From a virus, in IMG/VR virus record IMGVR_UViG_3300034257_000053, positions 5,486-69,485 of that record: 64,000 nt of DNA. One strand, 5' to 3'. Position numbers and translations under genes: made by a program. Positions 52,801 through 62,800 of this stretch are shown here, in pieces. Positions within the stretch are counted from its first letter, which is position 1. Each line of letters opens with the position of its first letter. Under the pieces are notes generated by a model. The model had not been told where the DNA came from. It worked only from the letters and a program-made list of their open reading frames with translations, and did no database searches.

Positions 52801-53235
52801 ATGCAGAAGCCCGAACCGGCTCTGGTCACGGCCGAGCCCGCAGCCGAGCAGCCAGCGCCGGCGCCGCCCAAGTTTGCCGACGGCGGCAAGCCGCGCGCAC
52901 AGACCGTCAAGCTCAACTATCCGGTCGAGTATGACGGCAAGATTTACAACGAGATCACGGTGCGGCGGCTGACCGCAACCGAGGTCGACCAATTCTGCAC
53001 AGCACTCGTTGCGCGCGTCCCGACCGACACGAGCGCGATGCCGCGGCTGCCGATGTTCGACGTGCCGTTCGCGGTGCTCGATGCGCTCGACGCCGACGAT
53101 GACGATGCCGTGCAGGAGGTCATCACAAGTTTTTTGCCCCGTCGCTTGCGGCAGGCGGTCGAGCAAAGCCAACAGAGTGGCGGGCCTACGCCGCCTTTAT
53201 CGCCGCAACTCTCGGGTGGTCCCGCCAAGACCTGA
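52801..53235 (+). CDS. Tail assembly chaperone; -1 frameshift at 53130-53136 extends it to 53360
   Basis: L.YP.E.DG....EIT.RR; TTTTTTG slippery site; the -1 frame encodes IA..LGWS..DL.AM...EL..W (P2 E'-like). Confidence 0.85.
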   Translation: MQKPEPALVTAEPAAEQPAPAPPKFADGGKPRAQTVKLNYPVEYDGKIYNEITVRRLTATEVDQFCTALVARVPTDTSAMPRLPMFDVPFAVLDALDADDDDAVQEVITSFLPRRLRQAVEQSQQSGGPTPPLSPQLSGGPAKT

Positions 53236-53364
53236 TGGCGATGGACTTTCCGGAACTTGTGCAGTGGTTCGAATACGCCGTCGAGATTGAGAAATCCCGC
53301 ACGCGCTCGATGAGCGTCGCTACGGCGAACGCCCTCGGCCGCATGTTCCGCAAGAGGTAGACCT

Positions 53365-55746
53365 TTGGCCCGCACGATCGTCGGTCAGCTCGTCGTCAAT
53401 CTGATCGACGGCGTCACGGGCAAGGCCAAGGGCATCGCGGCCGCGATCAAGGCGATCGAGAATTCGGTCACCGGCCTCGGCAAGGTCAACGTCAAGGGCG
53501 GTGGCGTCGACGGCCTCGCGACGTCGCTCAAGAACGCCGAGAAAGCAGCGCGCGATCTTGCGGCGACGGGCAAGGGCCTGGACGATTGGGGTAGCCGGTT
53601 CTCGGGCAATCTCGGCCGGCTGCGCGCAACGCCTGGCGAAATCGACAAGATCAGGGACTCGTGGCGCCGGCTGCAAGGCGACATGCGCGGCGGCCGCCTC
53701 GACGAGGCCTTCCGCGTCAACGCGGTGCGGCAGTGGCAGGCTTCGGCGATCGCCGGGCTCGCAGCCGTTCGGCGGGAGCATGAAAAGACCGAGCGCGCGA
53801 TTACCGCGGCATCGGTGTCGCGGCTCGGCCGCAATGCGGCAATCGTCGCCGGCGCGGTGCCGACCGCGTACGGCGCGCAGCGTGCGACGCGCTACGGCCT
53901 CACACATGGCGCCGAGCTTCCCCGCGAAACGACGCGGCAGTTCCTCGGCGGTATGACGCCGGAGGAACAGGCGACCGCCGCGATCAAGGCGCGCGAACTC
54001 TCGACGCGCTTCCCGTCGATCGGACAGGTCGGGGCGATGGAGCACATCCGCCAGCTCCGCGCGCGGTTCGGCGACTTCCCTCACGCGATCGACGGTGTCG
54101 AAAGCCTGGTGCGGGCGCAGGTCATCTTGCAGAACCTCAAGGGCGGGGAACAGGCCGGGCACGATCTCGAACGGCTGGTGCTCGGTCTTGAAGGCCTCGG
54201 GGCCGGCGCCGACCCGAAGAAGTTCAAGCAGTATCTCGACGCCTTCGTGAAGGCGAAGTCGCTGTTCCCCGATCTGCGCGGCGAGGATTTCCGTCAATAT
54301 CTGCAGACGTCGAAGGCCTCGAAATACGGCCTTTCGGACGACTATCTGACCAACGTCGCGCCGACGATGATGCAGCACGAAGGCGCTGCCAAGTTCGGCA
54401 CCATGCAGCAGACCGCGTTCGGTGCGCTGGTCGGCTTGCGCACCCGCAAGCGGTCGGTCGAACAGCTCATCGAGCACGGTCTCGCCGAGAAGTGGCACAA
54501 GAACGCCAGGGGTGAGGTGTTGCTCGACAAGATCGTCGGCGAGCAGGATCTGATCAGCAACCCGTTCAAGTGGGCGACGGAGGTTCTCGCACCGGCGCTG
54601 GAAAAGAAGGGAGTCAGCTTCACCGGCGACAAGGAGAAATTCGTCTCGACCGTCACGAAGATGTTCTCGGATCGCAACGCGGCCGAATTCTTCACGACGC
54701 TGCTCGCCAACAAGTCGGTGATCGAAAAGGACCGCGCGATGCTCGCCACGGCGCGCGGCACCGAGTCGGCGGAGGAAGTGCGGGTGCGCGATCCGTTCGT
54801 CGCATTCGACGGTGTGAAGCAGCAACTCATCAACGTCGTGCAGAACGCGCTCGAGCCCCAGGCGGCGCGCGCGACCGCGGCCCTCAACAGCGTCGCCGAC
54901 GCGCTCGGCCGGCTGGCGGCGATCAACCTCAGTCAGACGGGGTGGTTCAAAGAGCCTGCAAAGCAATTCATGCAGGACGTGAGCGACACCTCGCTGACCA
55001 AGATCCTGTTCAAGCCCTTCGAGGCGTGGAAGCTGCTGCTCGGTGCCGACAAGGCGTGGTGGTCCATGGCCACCGAAGGACAATCGAATTGGGGCGGCAG
55101 GTCCAAGCGCCCGCCGGAGGACTTCACCTTCGCGTCGACCGGCCGCTTCCGCGGCGGCGCGGCGGCGCCAAGCGACACGGGGCTTTTCAATGTGCCGGCG
55201 GCGGCGCCTGGCCGCTTTCCGAACCTGCCGATGTTCCAGGCGCCGATCCAGCCGTTCGATCTGTCGGCCACGGCAGGCTCGACGATGGACAGCTACAACG
55301 AAGTCCTGCGCGCCAAGGGTGAGGAAGCAAAGGGAATCGGTGCGAGCATCGCTTCCGCGCTGCGCTCGCTTCTGAGCTTCACGGCGACGCCCAACATCCA
55401 GATGCCAAGCGTGCCTGGCGCGCCCGCGGCTGCAACCGGAACGCCCTCGGCGCCGGCGCGCGCATCCGGAGGCAGCGTCTACGCCGGGCAGCTCTACCAG
55501 GTCTCCGAGCATGGGCCGGAACTGTTCGTGCCCGGCACGGACGGTTCGATCGTTCCCGATCCTGGAGGCGCTGGCGGCGGCAGCGCGGCCGGTGGGCGGT
55601 CAGTCTCGGTGTCGTTTGGTGAAATGCACTTCCACGGCGTGCACGACACCGCCGCTGTCGCATCGAGCGTCGTCGGCACCCTCAACGACAAGGTCAACGA
55701 CGAAATCCGCAGCCTGTTCTCCGACTACGGCGTCGAGGTGGTGTGA
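53365..55746 (+). CDS. Tape measure protein
   Basis: Long Ala-rich helical ORF after the chaperone; RA.GG.V..G..Y.V.E.GPELF.P. Confidence 0.9.
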   Translation: MARTIVGQLVVNLIDGVTGKAKGIAAAIKAIENSVTGLGKVNVKGGGVDGLATSLKNAEKAARDLAATGKGLDDWGSRFSGNLGRLRATPGEIDKIRDSWRRLQGDMRGGRLDEAFRVNAVRQWQASAIAGLAAVRREHEKTERAITAASVSRLGRNAAIVAGAVPTAYGAQRATRYGLTHGAELPRETTRQFLGGMTPEEQATAAIKARELSTRFPSIGQVGAMEHIRQLRARFGDFPHAIDGVESLVRAQVILQNLKGGEQAGHDLERLVLGLEGLGAGADPKKFKQYLDAFVKAKSLFPDLRGEDFRQYLQTSKASKYGLSDDYLTNVAPTMMQHEGAAKFGTMQQTAFGALVGLRTRKRSVEQLIEHGLAEKWHKNARGEVLLDKIVGEQDLISNPFKWATEVLAPALEKKGVSFTGDKEKFVSTVTKMFSDRNAAEFFTTLLANKSVIEKDRAMLATARGTESAEEVRVRDPFVAFDGVKQQLINVVQNALEPQAARATAALNSVADALGRLAAINLSQTGWFKEPAKQFMQDVSDTSLTKILFKPFEAWKLLLGADKAWWSMATEGQSNWGGRSKRPPEDFTFASTGRFRGGAAAPSDTGLFNVPAAAPGRFPNLPMFQAPIQPFDLSATAGSTMDSYNEVLRAKGEEAKGIGASIASALRSLLSFTATPNIQMPSVPGAPAAATGTPSAPARASGGSVYAGQLYQVSEHGPELFVPGTDGSIVPDPGGAGGGSAAGGRSVSVSFGEMHFHGVHDTAAVASSVVGTLNDKVNDEIRSLFSDYGVEVV

Positions 55747-56168
55747 TGCTGTACGCGCTCGGGCCGGTGGTTTTCACCGTCGCGCCGCTCAACGCCGACA
55801 AAATCGGCCGCGAAGGCGAAACGCGTCATGCCCAGCACGCGGTGATGGGCGCCGCCCCCGTCTATGAGTTCATGGGCGAGGGTCAGCGCGAGTTCACGAT
55901 CAAGGGCGCGGTGTTTCCGGAGCACTTCGGCGGACTAGGCGAGCTCGAGACGATCGAGGCATTGCGCCGCGCCGGCATGCCGCAGCACCTGATCCGCGGC
56001 GACGGCAAGCCGATCGGCTGGGTGCTGATCCAGAAAGTGAAGGAAGACGGCGACCATCTCGGCTTCTCCGGCGTGCCGCGCCACATCAGCTATTCGATCG
56101 ACATGAAAATCACGGACGCGCCGAGCGGTGCGGGGCTGATCGACGTGGTGGGAGGCTTCCTGCGGTGA
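55746..56168 (+). CDS. P2 gpU-like tail protein
   Basis: M..LG..VF, P..EF.G.G, I.G..FP, L..GDG...GW. Confidence 0.88.
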   Translation: MLYALGPVVFTVAPLNADKIGREGETRHAQHAVMGAAPVYEFMGEGQREFTIKGAVFPEHFGGLGELETIEALRRAGMPQHLIRGDGKPIGWVLIQKVKEDGDHLGFSGVPRHISYSIDMKITDAPSGAGLIDVVGGFLR

Positions 56169-56392
56169 CGACGTTCGAGACGATCGCCGTGAAGGCGGAG
56201 GGCCTCACGGTGTCGCGCATCGTGTGGCGCCGCTTTCGCCGCTACATGCCCGGCCTCGTCGCGCGCGTGCTCGACATTAACCCGGGGCTCGCGGGAGCCG
56301 GACCGATCCTGCCGTACGGAACCAAGTTCACGATGCCGATCGAGCCGCCCCCGCAGACCATCATCCGGCCCGTCGTGAACATCTGGGATTGA
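56165..56392 (+). CDS. P2 gpX-like tail protein
   Basis: VL..NPGLA..GP.LP.GT....P; terminal IWD. Confidence 0.88.
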   Translation: MTTFETIAVKAEGLTVSRIVWRRFRRYMPGLVARVLDINPGLAGAGPILPYGTKFTMPIEPPPQTIIRPVVNIWD

Positions 56393-56393
56393 C

Positions 56394-57431
56394 GTGCTCG
56401 AGCCCGATTTTCAGGTTCTGATTGGCGGTCGCGACGTCAGCTCCAAGATCCGCCCGCTGTTGGAGTCGATCACCGTCGAGGACAAGGACGGCGTTGCGTC
56501 CGACAGTTGCGAGATCGTGCTCGCCGATCCCGACGGCTCGGTGCTGATGCCCGAGAAGGACGACACGATCAGCATCTTGCTCGGCCACAAGGGCAAGGGC
56601 GTCGGGCTGGTGTTCGAGGGCTTTGTCGACGGAACGACATCGGCCGGTGCCAAGGGCAGCGGCCGCAAGCTCACGGTGAAAGGCAAGAGCGCGCGGCAGA
56701 AGTCGAAGGCCAAGGAGCCGCGCGAAAAGCATTGGGACAAAAAGACGTTCGGTGAGGTCGCGAAGGATGCGGCTTCGTACGCCGGACTGTCGGCAACCGT
56801 CGACGGCTCGCTCGCGTCGCTCAAGCGCGAGTATTGGTCGATGAAGAACGAAAGCTTCCAGCATTGGGGTCAGCGTATGGCCCGGCAGCTCGGAGCGACG
56901 TTCAAGATCGCCGGCAACCGCGCGGTGTTCATGAAGCGCAACGCCGGTGCCGGCGCGGGCGGGACCGCGCTCGCAACGGTGCGAGCGGTGTACGGCGACA
57001 ACATGGTCAACTGGTCGATCTCGCCGGACCTTGGTCAGCCGCAGTTTCGCAAGGTCAAGACGCGCTACTACGACCCGAAGTCGGCCAAGTGGAAGACCGA
57101 GGAGCGCGACGTCGACGGCACCGATGCGCCGGCGGTGCGCACACTACGCTTCCAGGCGGGCGATAAGGACAACGCCAAACAGAACTCCGATGCCGAGGCG
57201 GGCGCGAGCGAGCGGAACAAGGGATCCGGCAGCGTTCAAATCCTCGGCGATGCGGCCGCAAAGCCCGAAGGCACGCTGACGATCGAGGGAGCCAGGCCCG
57301 GCATCGACGGCGAATACGCGATCGACAGCGTCAAGCATCACCTGACGAAGTCGGGCGGTTACACCTGCGACATCTCGATCGGGAAGCCGAAGGGCAAGGC
57401 CGGCAAGGACGGCCGGGGCAAGAAAAAATGA
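56394..57431 (+). CDS. Late control D / baseplate hub protein
   Basis: P.F.V.I.GRD, D.DG..SD...I.L.D, NES......R.A...GA.FKI. Confidence 0.9.
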   Translation: MLEPDFQVLIGGRDVSSKIRPLLESITVEDKDGVASDSCEIVLADPDGSVLMPEKDDTISILLGHKGKGVGLVFEGFVDGTTSAGAKGSGRKLTVKGKSARQKSKAKEPREKHWDKKTFGEVAKDAASYAGLSATVDGSLASLKREYWSMKNESFQHWGQRMARQLGATFKIAGNRAVFMKRNAGAGAGGTALATVRAVYGDNMVNWSISPDLGQPQFRKVKTRYYDPKSAKWKTEERDVDGTDAPAVRTLRFQAGDKDNAKQNSDAEAGASERNKGSGSVQILGDAAAKPEGTLTIEGARPGIDGEYAIDSVKHHLTKSGGYTCDISIGKPKGKAGKDGRGKKK

Positions 57432-57446
57432 GTGGAGAGGTTCAAC

Positions 57447-57816
57447 ATGCGGGGGGGGGGGGGCACGTCTGGTCGTGCTTGTGCTGCTGCTCGCACCGAC
57501 GGCGCAGGCGGTCGCGCAGTCGCATCACGGCCGTCATCACGCGTTCTACCAGAACTGGATCAACAAGGCGGACAAGGGCTGCTGCAACGATCAGGATTGC
57601 GGCGAGCTAGCCGAGAACGATGAGCGCACGATCGGCGATCGCGTTGAAGTCCTGGTCGAGGGCACGACGTGGTGCCCGGTCGAGCCACACCACTACTTGA
57701 AGCGCGGCAACGCCCCGAATTGGGCCACGGCGCATGTCTGTGTGCGGAAGTGGCGGCAGCCGGACGAGCCCGCATGCGCGCGGTTGCTCTGTTACCAACC
57801 GAAGCCGGGGACGTGA
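57447..57816 (+). pseudogene. Secreted Cys-rich protein, out of frame at a G13 tract (phase-variable or assembly error)
   Basis: GGAGAGG-N6-ATG; removing one G gives MRGGGARLVVLVLLLAPTAQAVA joined to the CC...C domain. Confidence 0.7.
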
Positions 57817-58289
57817 CCGTGACCGACTATCCGACGACCTGGTGGGAACGCACCGGCAATACGACGCCGTGGGTTGATCATCCGGGCGGCGGGCGGAGCT
57901 GTTCGCAAATCTTCCGGTGCATCGCGACTGGCGAGGAGTGCCCCTCGACCGAGCTTCCGATCGGTGCGCTGTTCGCTGCCGAACGCGACGCCGACGATGA
58001 ACCGAACGGCTTTCCGCCTGTCGGCCACGACGGGTTGTCGATCGTCTGCGTCTGCATCGGCAACAGTGGCCCCGGCAGCCGGCATCACTGGTACATCGAC
58101 TATCGCGCCAGCAACTGCACCATGAAGGACGACAAGGAACATCGGTGCTGGGTGCGCCACGGCACCGTCGGCGAGAAGGTGACGGTCGACAAGAACGGCA
58201 AGACATGCGGCGCCGGTGCCGGATCCTTCTACATGGATAACCAGCGCTGGCACGGCTTCCTGCGCAACGGCGCGCTCGTCCAAGGCTGA
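57813..58289 (+). CDS. Cys/His-rich hypothetical protein (DUF6527-like C-terminus)
   Basis: W.ID.RASNC....D..HRCWVRHG...TC.AGAGS...WHGFLRNG. Confidence 0.65.
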   Translation: MTVTDYPTTWWERTGNTTPWVDHPGGGRSCSQIFRCIATGEECPSTELPIGALFAAERDADDEPNGFPPVGHDGLSIVCVCIGNSGPGSRHHWYIDYRASNCTMKDDKEHRCWVRHGTVGEKVTVDKNGKTCGAGAGSFYMDNQRWHGFLRNGALVQG

Positions 58290-58320
58290 TCGTCCCGGAA
58301 ACCAATCAAGGGTGATCTGA

Positions 58321-58893
58321 ATGCGAGTCCTTCTCGCCACGCTGGCGTTTGCCGGCGCGCTCGTTTCGTGCGCGCCGCCCTTGCAGGCACAGCCCGACGA
58401 GCGGCTGTTCTTCGTGCAGGGCGGCACGCATCCGAACGACGTGCTGGACGCGCGGAAATGCCCGCCGCCGTTCTCGCGGGCGCGCTGCAAGCGCGAGCGC
58501 GTCAAGAAGTCTCCGCGGCCCGCGAACCCGCCGTCAATACGCTCTGATTTCCGCGCCTCGATCGCCGCGCTGATCGATGTCATCGCCACCGCCGAGCGCG
58601 TGCCGGCCCGCATGGCGCACGCGCTGGTGCGCATCGAGAGCGGCGGCAATCCCCACCTGCGCGGCCGCGAAGGCGAGTGGGGCCTGACGCAGATCAAGTG
58701 CCAGACGGCGCGCGGGCTCGGCTTTAGCGGCGGATGCGCGGCGCTCGCGGATCCTGCGGTCAATCTGCGCTGGGGCCTGCGCCACGCGCGCCGCGCGCTC
58801 GATCGCGGCTCGATCGGTTTCCACCAGGCGGGGCTTGGCGCGCGACGCACGTCCGCGCGCTACGTCGACCGCATTCATTCGGCCATGAGGTAA
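58321..58893 (+). CDS. SLT-family lytic transglycosylase with signal peptide
   Basis: LVRIESGGNP, GLTQIK..TAR, L.DP.VNL.WG. Confidence 0.85.
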   Translation: MRVLLATLAFAGALVSCAPPLQAQPDERLFFVQGGTHPNDVLDARKCPPPFSRARCKRERVKKSPRPANPPSIRSDFRASIAALIDVIATAERVPARMAHALVRIESGGNPHLRGREGEWGLTQIKCQTARGLGFSGGCAALADPAVNLRWGLRHARRALDRGSIGFHQAGLGARRTSARYVDRIHSAMR

Positions 58894-58897
58894 GACG

Positions 58898-60103
58898 ATG
58901 TCTTTCAAACTGATCTGGCTTGCCGAGGTGCTGCGCAGCGCCGGCCTCAAGGTGGTCGAGCAGCCGGGCTGGAAAACCCGCGGGCTCGGCGACATGGGCA
59001 ACGTGCGTGGCGTGATGTGTCACCACACGGCCAGCTCGCCGAAGGGCGGCAACACGCCGGCGCTCGGCGCCGTGCAGAACGGCCGCGGTGGACCAAAGCC
59101 GCTGCGCGGGCCGCTCTCGCAGCTCCTGCTCGCGCGCGACGGCACCTATTACGTCGTCGCTGCCGGTCTCTCGAACCATGCCGGGCCCGGCAATTGGAAG
59201 GGCATCACGGCGGGCAACCGAAGCTTCATCGGTATCGAGGCGGAAAACAACGGCCTCGGCGAGAAGTGGCCCGACGTCCAGATGGACGCCTACGTGCGCG
59301 GCGTTGGAGCGCTGCTGACGAGGCTCGGCGCGACCGAGGAGATGTGTGTCGCGCATCTCGAATACGCGCTGCCGGTCGGCCGGAAGTCGGACCCGTATTT
59401 TCCGGGGAGCGGAAAGGACAATCGAGAGACGCGCATCAAGGCGTTCGCCGCGTTCCGCAAGCGCGTCGGCCAGGCGATGACCGCTGCACCGGCGGCCGCT
59501 CTGTTCTCCGATGAAATTCTCGATGACGGCCCCGGCGATATTCCGACTCCCGATCTTGAGACGGAGGGCACCGCCAAGGTCGAAGCGACGGCTGCACAGG
59601 ATGCGGCGAAGGATCTGAGCGAGGCGGAGATTAACGGCGTGGTCGGCCGCCTGCGCGCCATGAAATATCACGAGGTAGGCCTTCCTGACGGCAAATGGGG
59701 CGGGCGCCTCGCCGCCGGCATCGCAGCGTTCAAGAACGACCGCAAGCTCTCGGGCGAGCCGGTGATCGATGAAGCGCTGATGGCCGAGTTGCGCGAGGCC
59801 GAAACAGAGGGCTGGCAGCGCCCGATCTCGAAGGAGCGCGCGGAAGGCGTTCCTGAAGGAAGCCGCGTGACCGACGCCGCCACCAAGCAGGGCTGGCTCG
59901 GCGGCGGATTCAGCATCACGGCCATCGGGGCATATTTCTCGGACTATTTCGAGCCCGTGAAGCCTTACCTGCGGCCGGTCGCCAACTTTGCCTATGACCA
60001 CTGGCAGCTACTGCTGCTCGGCGCCGGGCTGCTCGTGATCTGGCAGGCAAGCCGCATCTGGTTTGCCCGCGTGCAGGATCACCGCGAAGGCAAGACCACA
60101 TGA
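58898..60103 (+). CDS. Endolysin: amidase_2, peptidoglycan-binding domain and C-terminal TM segments
   Basis: HHTAS, NHAG.G, IGIEAEN, H.EYA...RK.DP; DGKWG......I.AF. Confidence 0.9.
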   Translation: MSFKLIWLAEVLRSAGLKVVEQPGWKTRGLGDMGNVRGVMCHHTASSPKGGNTPALGAVQNGRGGPKPLRGPLSQLLLARDGTYYVVAAGLSNHAGPGNWKGITAGNRSFIGIEAENNGLGEKWPDVQMDAYVRGVGALLTRLGATEEMCVAHLEYALPVGRKSDPYFPGSGKDNRETRIKAFAAFRKRVGQAMTAAPAAALFSDEILDDGPGDIPTPDLETEGTAKVEATAAQDAAKDLSEAEINGVVGRLRAMKYHEVGLPDGKWGGRLAAGIAAFKNDRKLSGEPVIDEALMAELREAETEGWQRPISKERAEGVPEGSRVTDAATKQGWLGGGFSITAIGAYFSDYFEPVKPYLRPVANFAYDHWQLLLLGAGLLVIWQASRIWFARVQDHREGKTT

Positions 60104-60588
60104 TCGCCATTCTCGGCATCATCGGGCCGCTGCTCGGCGGTCTCGGCGGCCTGAGTGCGATCGGGCTCGGTGCGATCCCGTTCGTCGGTCCGCTGTTCAA
60201 GTTCTTCGGCAGCGGTGCCGGCAAGATAGTGGGCCTCGCGCTCCTGGCGGTCACGATCTACGGCGTCGGCTGGTTCAAGGGCGATGCGCACGGCGATGCG
60301 CAATGCGTCGTCAAACTCGACAAGCTCAACACCGACTGGCGCGACCGCGTTGACGCGGCCGCGGATGCGTTCGCGAAAGCACGCCAGGCGCGCGACGCCG
60401 AGATCGACTTAAGCATCGACAAGCTGGTGCAGGAGCGGATTGCGGCGACTGCCGGCGAACAAACTGACCTCAAGAAATTGGTGGACGAATATGCTGCCGA
60501 ACTCGCGAAGCGTCCGAAAGCTGATGCCAGTTGTGCTTTTGGCCCTGATGACGTCGGGCTGCGCAACCGGGCCAAACCTCGCCGCTAG
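60100..60588 (+). CDS. Rz-like inner-membrane spanin
   Basis: N-terminal TM segments plus coiled coil after the endolysin. Confidence 0.65.
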   Translation: MIAILGIIGPLLGGLGGLSAIGLGAIPFVGPLFKFFGSGAGKIVGLALLAVTIYGVGWFKGDAHGDAQCVVKLDKLNTDWRDRVDAAADAFAKARQARDAEIDLSIDKLVQERIAATAGEQTDLKKLVDEYAAELAKRPKADASCAFGPDDVGLRNRAKPRR

Positions 60589-60832
60589 TCCGTCGCCGCA
60601 GCAGCTCGCGACGCCGGAGAAGACGCAGGCTGTGACCGCGGTCGCGGTGAGCAAGCGTTGCGCCGATCTCGCGCGCAAGGTGACCGCGCCTGGGTACAGG
60701 GTCGGTGACAATCCCAAGCTGACCGTCAAGCAGTTCGAGGCTGCGCTCGAGGAAGCGAACGGCAATCTCGGCGCGACGCGCGCCTGCATTCTCAAGCTCT
60801 CGGCGGACTATGCCGCCGGCTTGAGGCGGTGA
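60491..60832 (+). CDS. Rz1-like outer-membrane lipoprotein spanin
   Basis: VVLLALMTSGC lipobox; overlaps the Rz-like gene in another frame. Confidence 0.7.
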   Translation: MLPNSRSVRKLMPVVLLALMTSGCATGPNLAASPSPQQLATPEKTQAVTAVAVSKRCADLARKVTAPGYRVGDNPKLTVKQFEAALEEANGNLGATRACILKLSADYAAGLRR

Positions 60833-60836
60833 CGCG

Positions 60837-61097
60837 ATGGATTCGCGCGGCAGACTTGTGATGTTCGGTCTCCATCTGGCCGGCTTCGCTTGGTGCGGCT
60901 TTCTCTATTGGCTCGCAGCCGATTGGTCGTGGCTCGGCGGCTGGTGGCTTCTTGGTCCGTGGATCGTTCTCGGCGTGATCTCGCTGGTGATCTACATCGG
61001 AACGTGGACGGACGCCCCTGCGATCTGGTGGTGGCCCTATCTCATCGCGTGCTGGCCGATCATGTGGACCGGCGGCATCGTGCATCCGCTCAATTGA
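60837..61097 (+). CDS. Trp-rich membrane protein
   Basis: Three hydrophobic segments; GAGG RBS. Confidence 0.6.
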   Translation: MDSRGRLVMFGLHLAGFAWCGFLYWLAADWSWLGGWWLLGPWIVLGVISLVIYIGTWTDAPAIWWWPYLIACWPIMWTGGIVHPLN

Positions 61098-61457
61098 GAG
61101 AGGTGAGACTGTGGTGATCAATAGACCGCGCTGGGACGAGCAGACGAGCGCCACTGCGTGGGACGACGACACTCGATATGTGCTGTTGCGCGGTCGCATG
61201 CGGGATGTTCGCTGGCAGATCGTATGCGTATTTGTAGTCACTGCGACGATCATCGCTCTAATGCATGTTGCTTTCAGCAATGGATGATCTGATCACCCCG
61301 CCTTCGTTCTCGCGATGAGAACGCTGTGCGCCGGCGTTGATGTCATGATGACCGCGCTGGGATACCTGTGTCTCATCGTGGCGGGCCTCTACGTGGTAGC
61401 TCCGTTCGCGATCGTGATCGGGATGGGATTCTTCCTGGGTGGGGCGAGGCCGTGATC

Positions 61458-62039
61458 ATGAACCGGATAAGTGTCCCCGCAGTCGTGCTGCTCGCTGCGC
61501 TCTCCGCTCCCGCGTCCGCGCAGCAACAAACGCCTATCGCTCCGGTCTTTCCGCTCGTCCAGCCGACCGACACACTGAGCACGCCGCATGATCGTGGAAT
61601 CATCAATCAGCTCGGCATCAACCGCCTGGAAACGCTGATCGGCGAGCGTGACAGGCTCTATGGCCAGAGATTCGATGCGCAGGAAAAGGCCAACGTTCTG
61701 GCGCTCAAAAATCTGGAGGAGTTTCTTGCGAGCAGACTTTCGGCTCAACGGGAGGCAATCGACAAGGCCGACAAGGCGAACGAAAAGCGGTTCGATTCCG
61801 TGAATGAGTTTCGCACCACGCTGAAGGATCAGCAATTGCTGCTGATCACCCGCGCGGAGGTCAAGATTCTGTTTGACGGCTTCGACCGGAGAATGACCGA
61901 GATTCAGGATTTGGTGAACAGGAACACAAACCGCTCGGAGGGTTCCAGTTCAACAATCGCCTATATTTTTGCGGCGCTCGGAGCGCTCGTCGGTATCGCC
62001 GGGTTTTTGGTGAGATCACGCGCGGCGCCTGGAGCTTAG
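61458..62039 (+). CDS. Exported coiled-coil protein with C-terminal TM
   Basis: Signal peptide ending APASA; A..KA..A.EKRF.SVNEFR..L.DQ. Confidence 0.7.
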   Translation: MNRISVPAVVLLAALSAPASAQQQTPIAPVFPLVQPTDTLSTPHDRGIINQLGINRLETLIGERDRLYGQRFDAQEKANVLALKNLEEFLASRLSAQREAIDKADKANEKRFDSVNEFRTTLKDQQLLLITRAEVKILFDGFDRRMTEIQDLVNRNTNRSEGSSSTIAYIFAALGALVGIAGFLVRSRAAPGA

Positions 62040-62465
62040 ATGATCTCCGATCTGCCCGGCGCGCATTGCCGCAACCGCCTGTTCGAATGGACGATGACCG
62101 CTGCGCTGCTCGGGCTCGGCGTGCATCTGCTGATCTGGCCGGATGCGATGCGCGCCAGCTCGTTCCGGATTCTGCTCAGCGCGGTCGGCTCGGACTATCT
62201 GACGGCGTTCTATCTGTTCGTCGGCTGCTTTCGCGCCGCCGCGCTCTGGCTCAATGGCAACTGGCCCCGCTGGGGGCCGCAGGTGCGGGCACTCGGCGCG
62301 CTGCTCGGCGCGGTGGTGTGGCTGCAGATGGATATCGCGCTGGCGCAGCTCGCGCCCGCTGTCGGCATTCCGCCGTCGCCAGGCATCCCGGTCTATAGCG
62401 CACTGTTCCTCGCAGAACTGTATTCGACCTACCGGGCGGCCTCGGATGCCAGACTTCGACGTTAG
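62040..62465 (+). CDS. Multi-TM protein, holin candidate
   Basis: Four hydrophobic segments in the lysis region. Confidence 0.6.
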   Translation: MISDLPGAHCRNRLFEWTMTAALLGLGVHLLIWPDAMRASSFRILLSAVGSDYLTAFYLFVGCFRAAALWLNGNWPRWGPQVRALGALLGAVVWLQMDIALAQLAPAVGIPPSPGIPVYSALFLAELYSTYRAASDARLRR

Positions 62466-62775
62466 CAAGTGGCCGCCGGTCTTTCAGGCGTTCGCGGCGC
62501 TCGGCGCGGCGGTCGCGGGCGGGCTGGTGTGGCTGCTCGGCATCCGCCGCAGGGGCGAGGGCGGGCAGACGACGGATCGTGTGCATGCCGAGCTCGATAC
62601 GGCGCGGCTGCGCCTCGATGTCGAAGAAGTCATGCGCGCGACGCGCGAGGCGATCCATCGGCGGATCGACGAGGTCCGCGACGAAGCGAAATCCGAGATC
62701 GACGCGCTGGAGGAGCGCGTTCGCGCGTCTGAGATTGCTATCGCTAGGCTACAAGCGCGCGCCCGCCATCGCTAG
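62446..62775 (+). CDS. TM plus coiled-coil protein
   Basis: N-terminal TM; IHRRID..R...LE.R. Confidence 0.65.
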   Translation: MPDFDVSKWPPVFQAFAALGAAVAGGLVWLLGIRRRGEGGQTTDRVHAELDTARLRLDVEEVMRATREAIHRRIDEVRDEAKSEIDALEERVRASEIAIARLQARARHR

Positions 62776-62800
62776 CGTTGCACCGCTGGGGAGCAAAACG

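Noticed and set aside
41276-57431. Second DGR target in the tail module
   Set aside because: I found no TR-like sequence or GARG..DHL-type C-terminus by eye; a BLASTN of the TR against the whole genome is needed to exclude remote targets
32196-57431. Lambda-like head joined to a P2-like contractile tail as a novelty
   Set aside because: This combination is already known in temperate myoviruses
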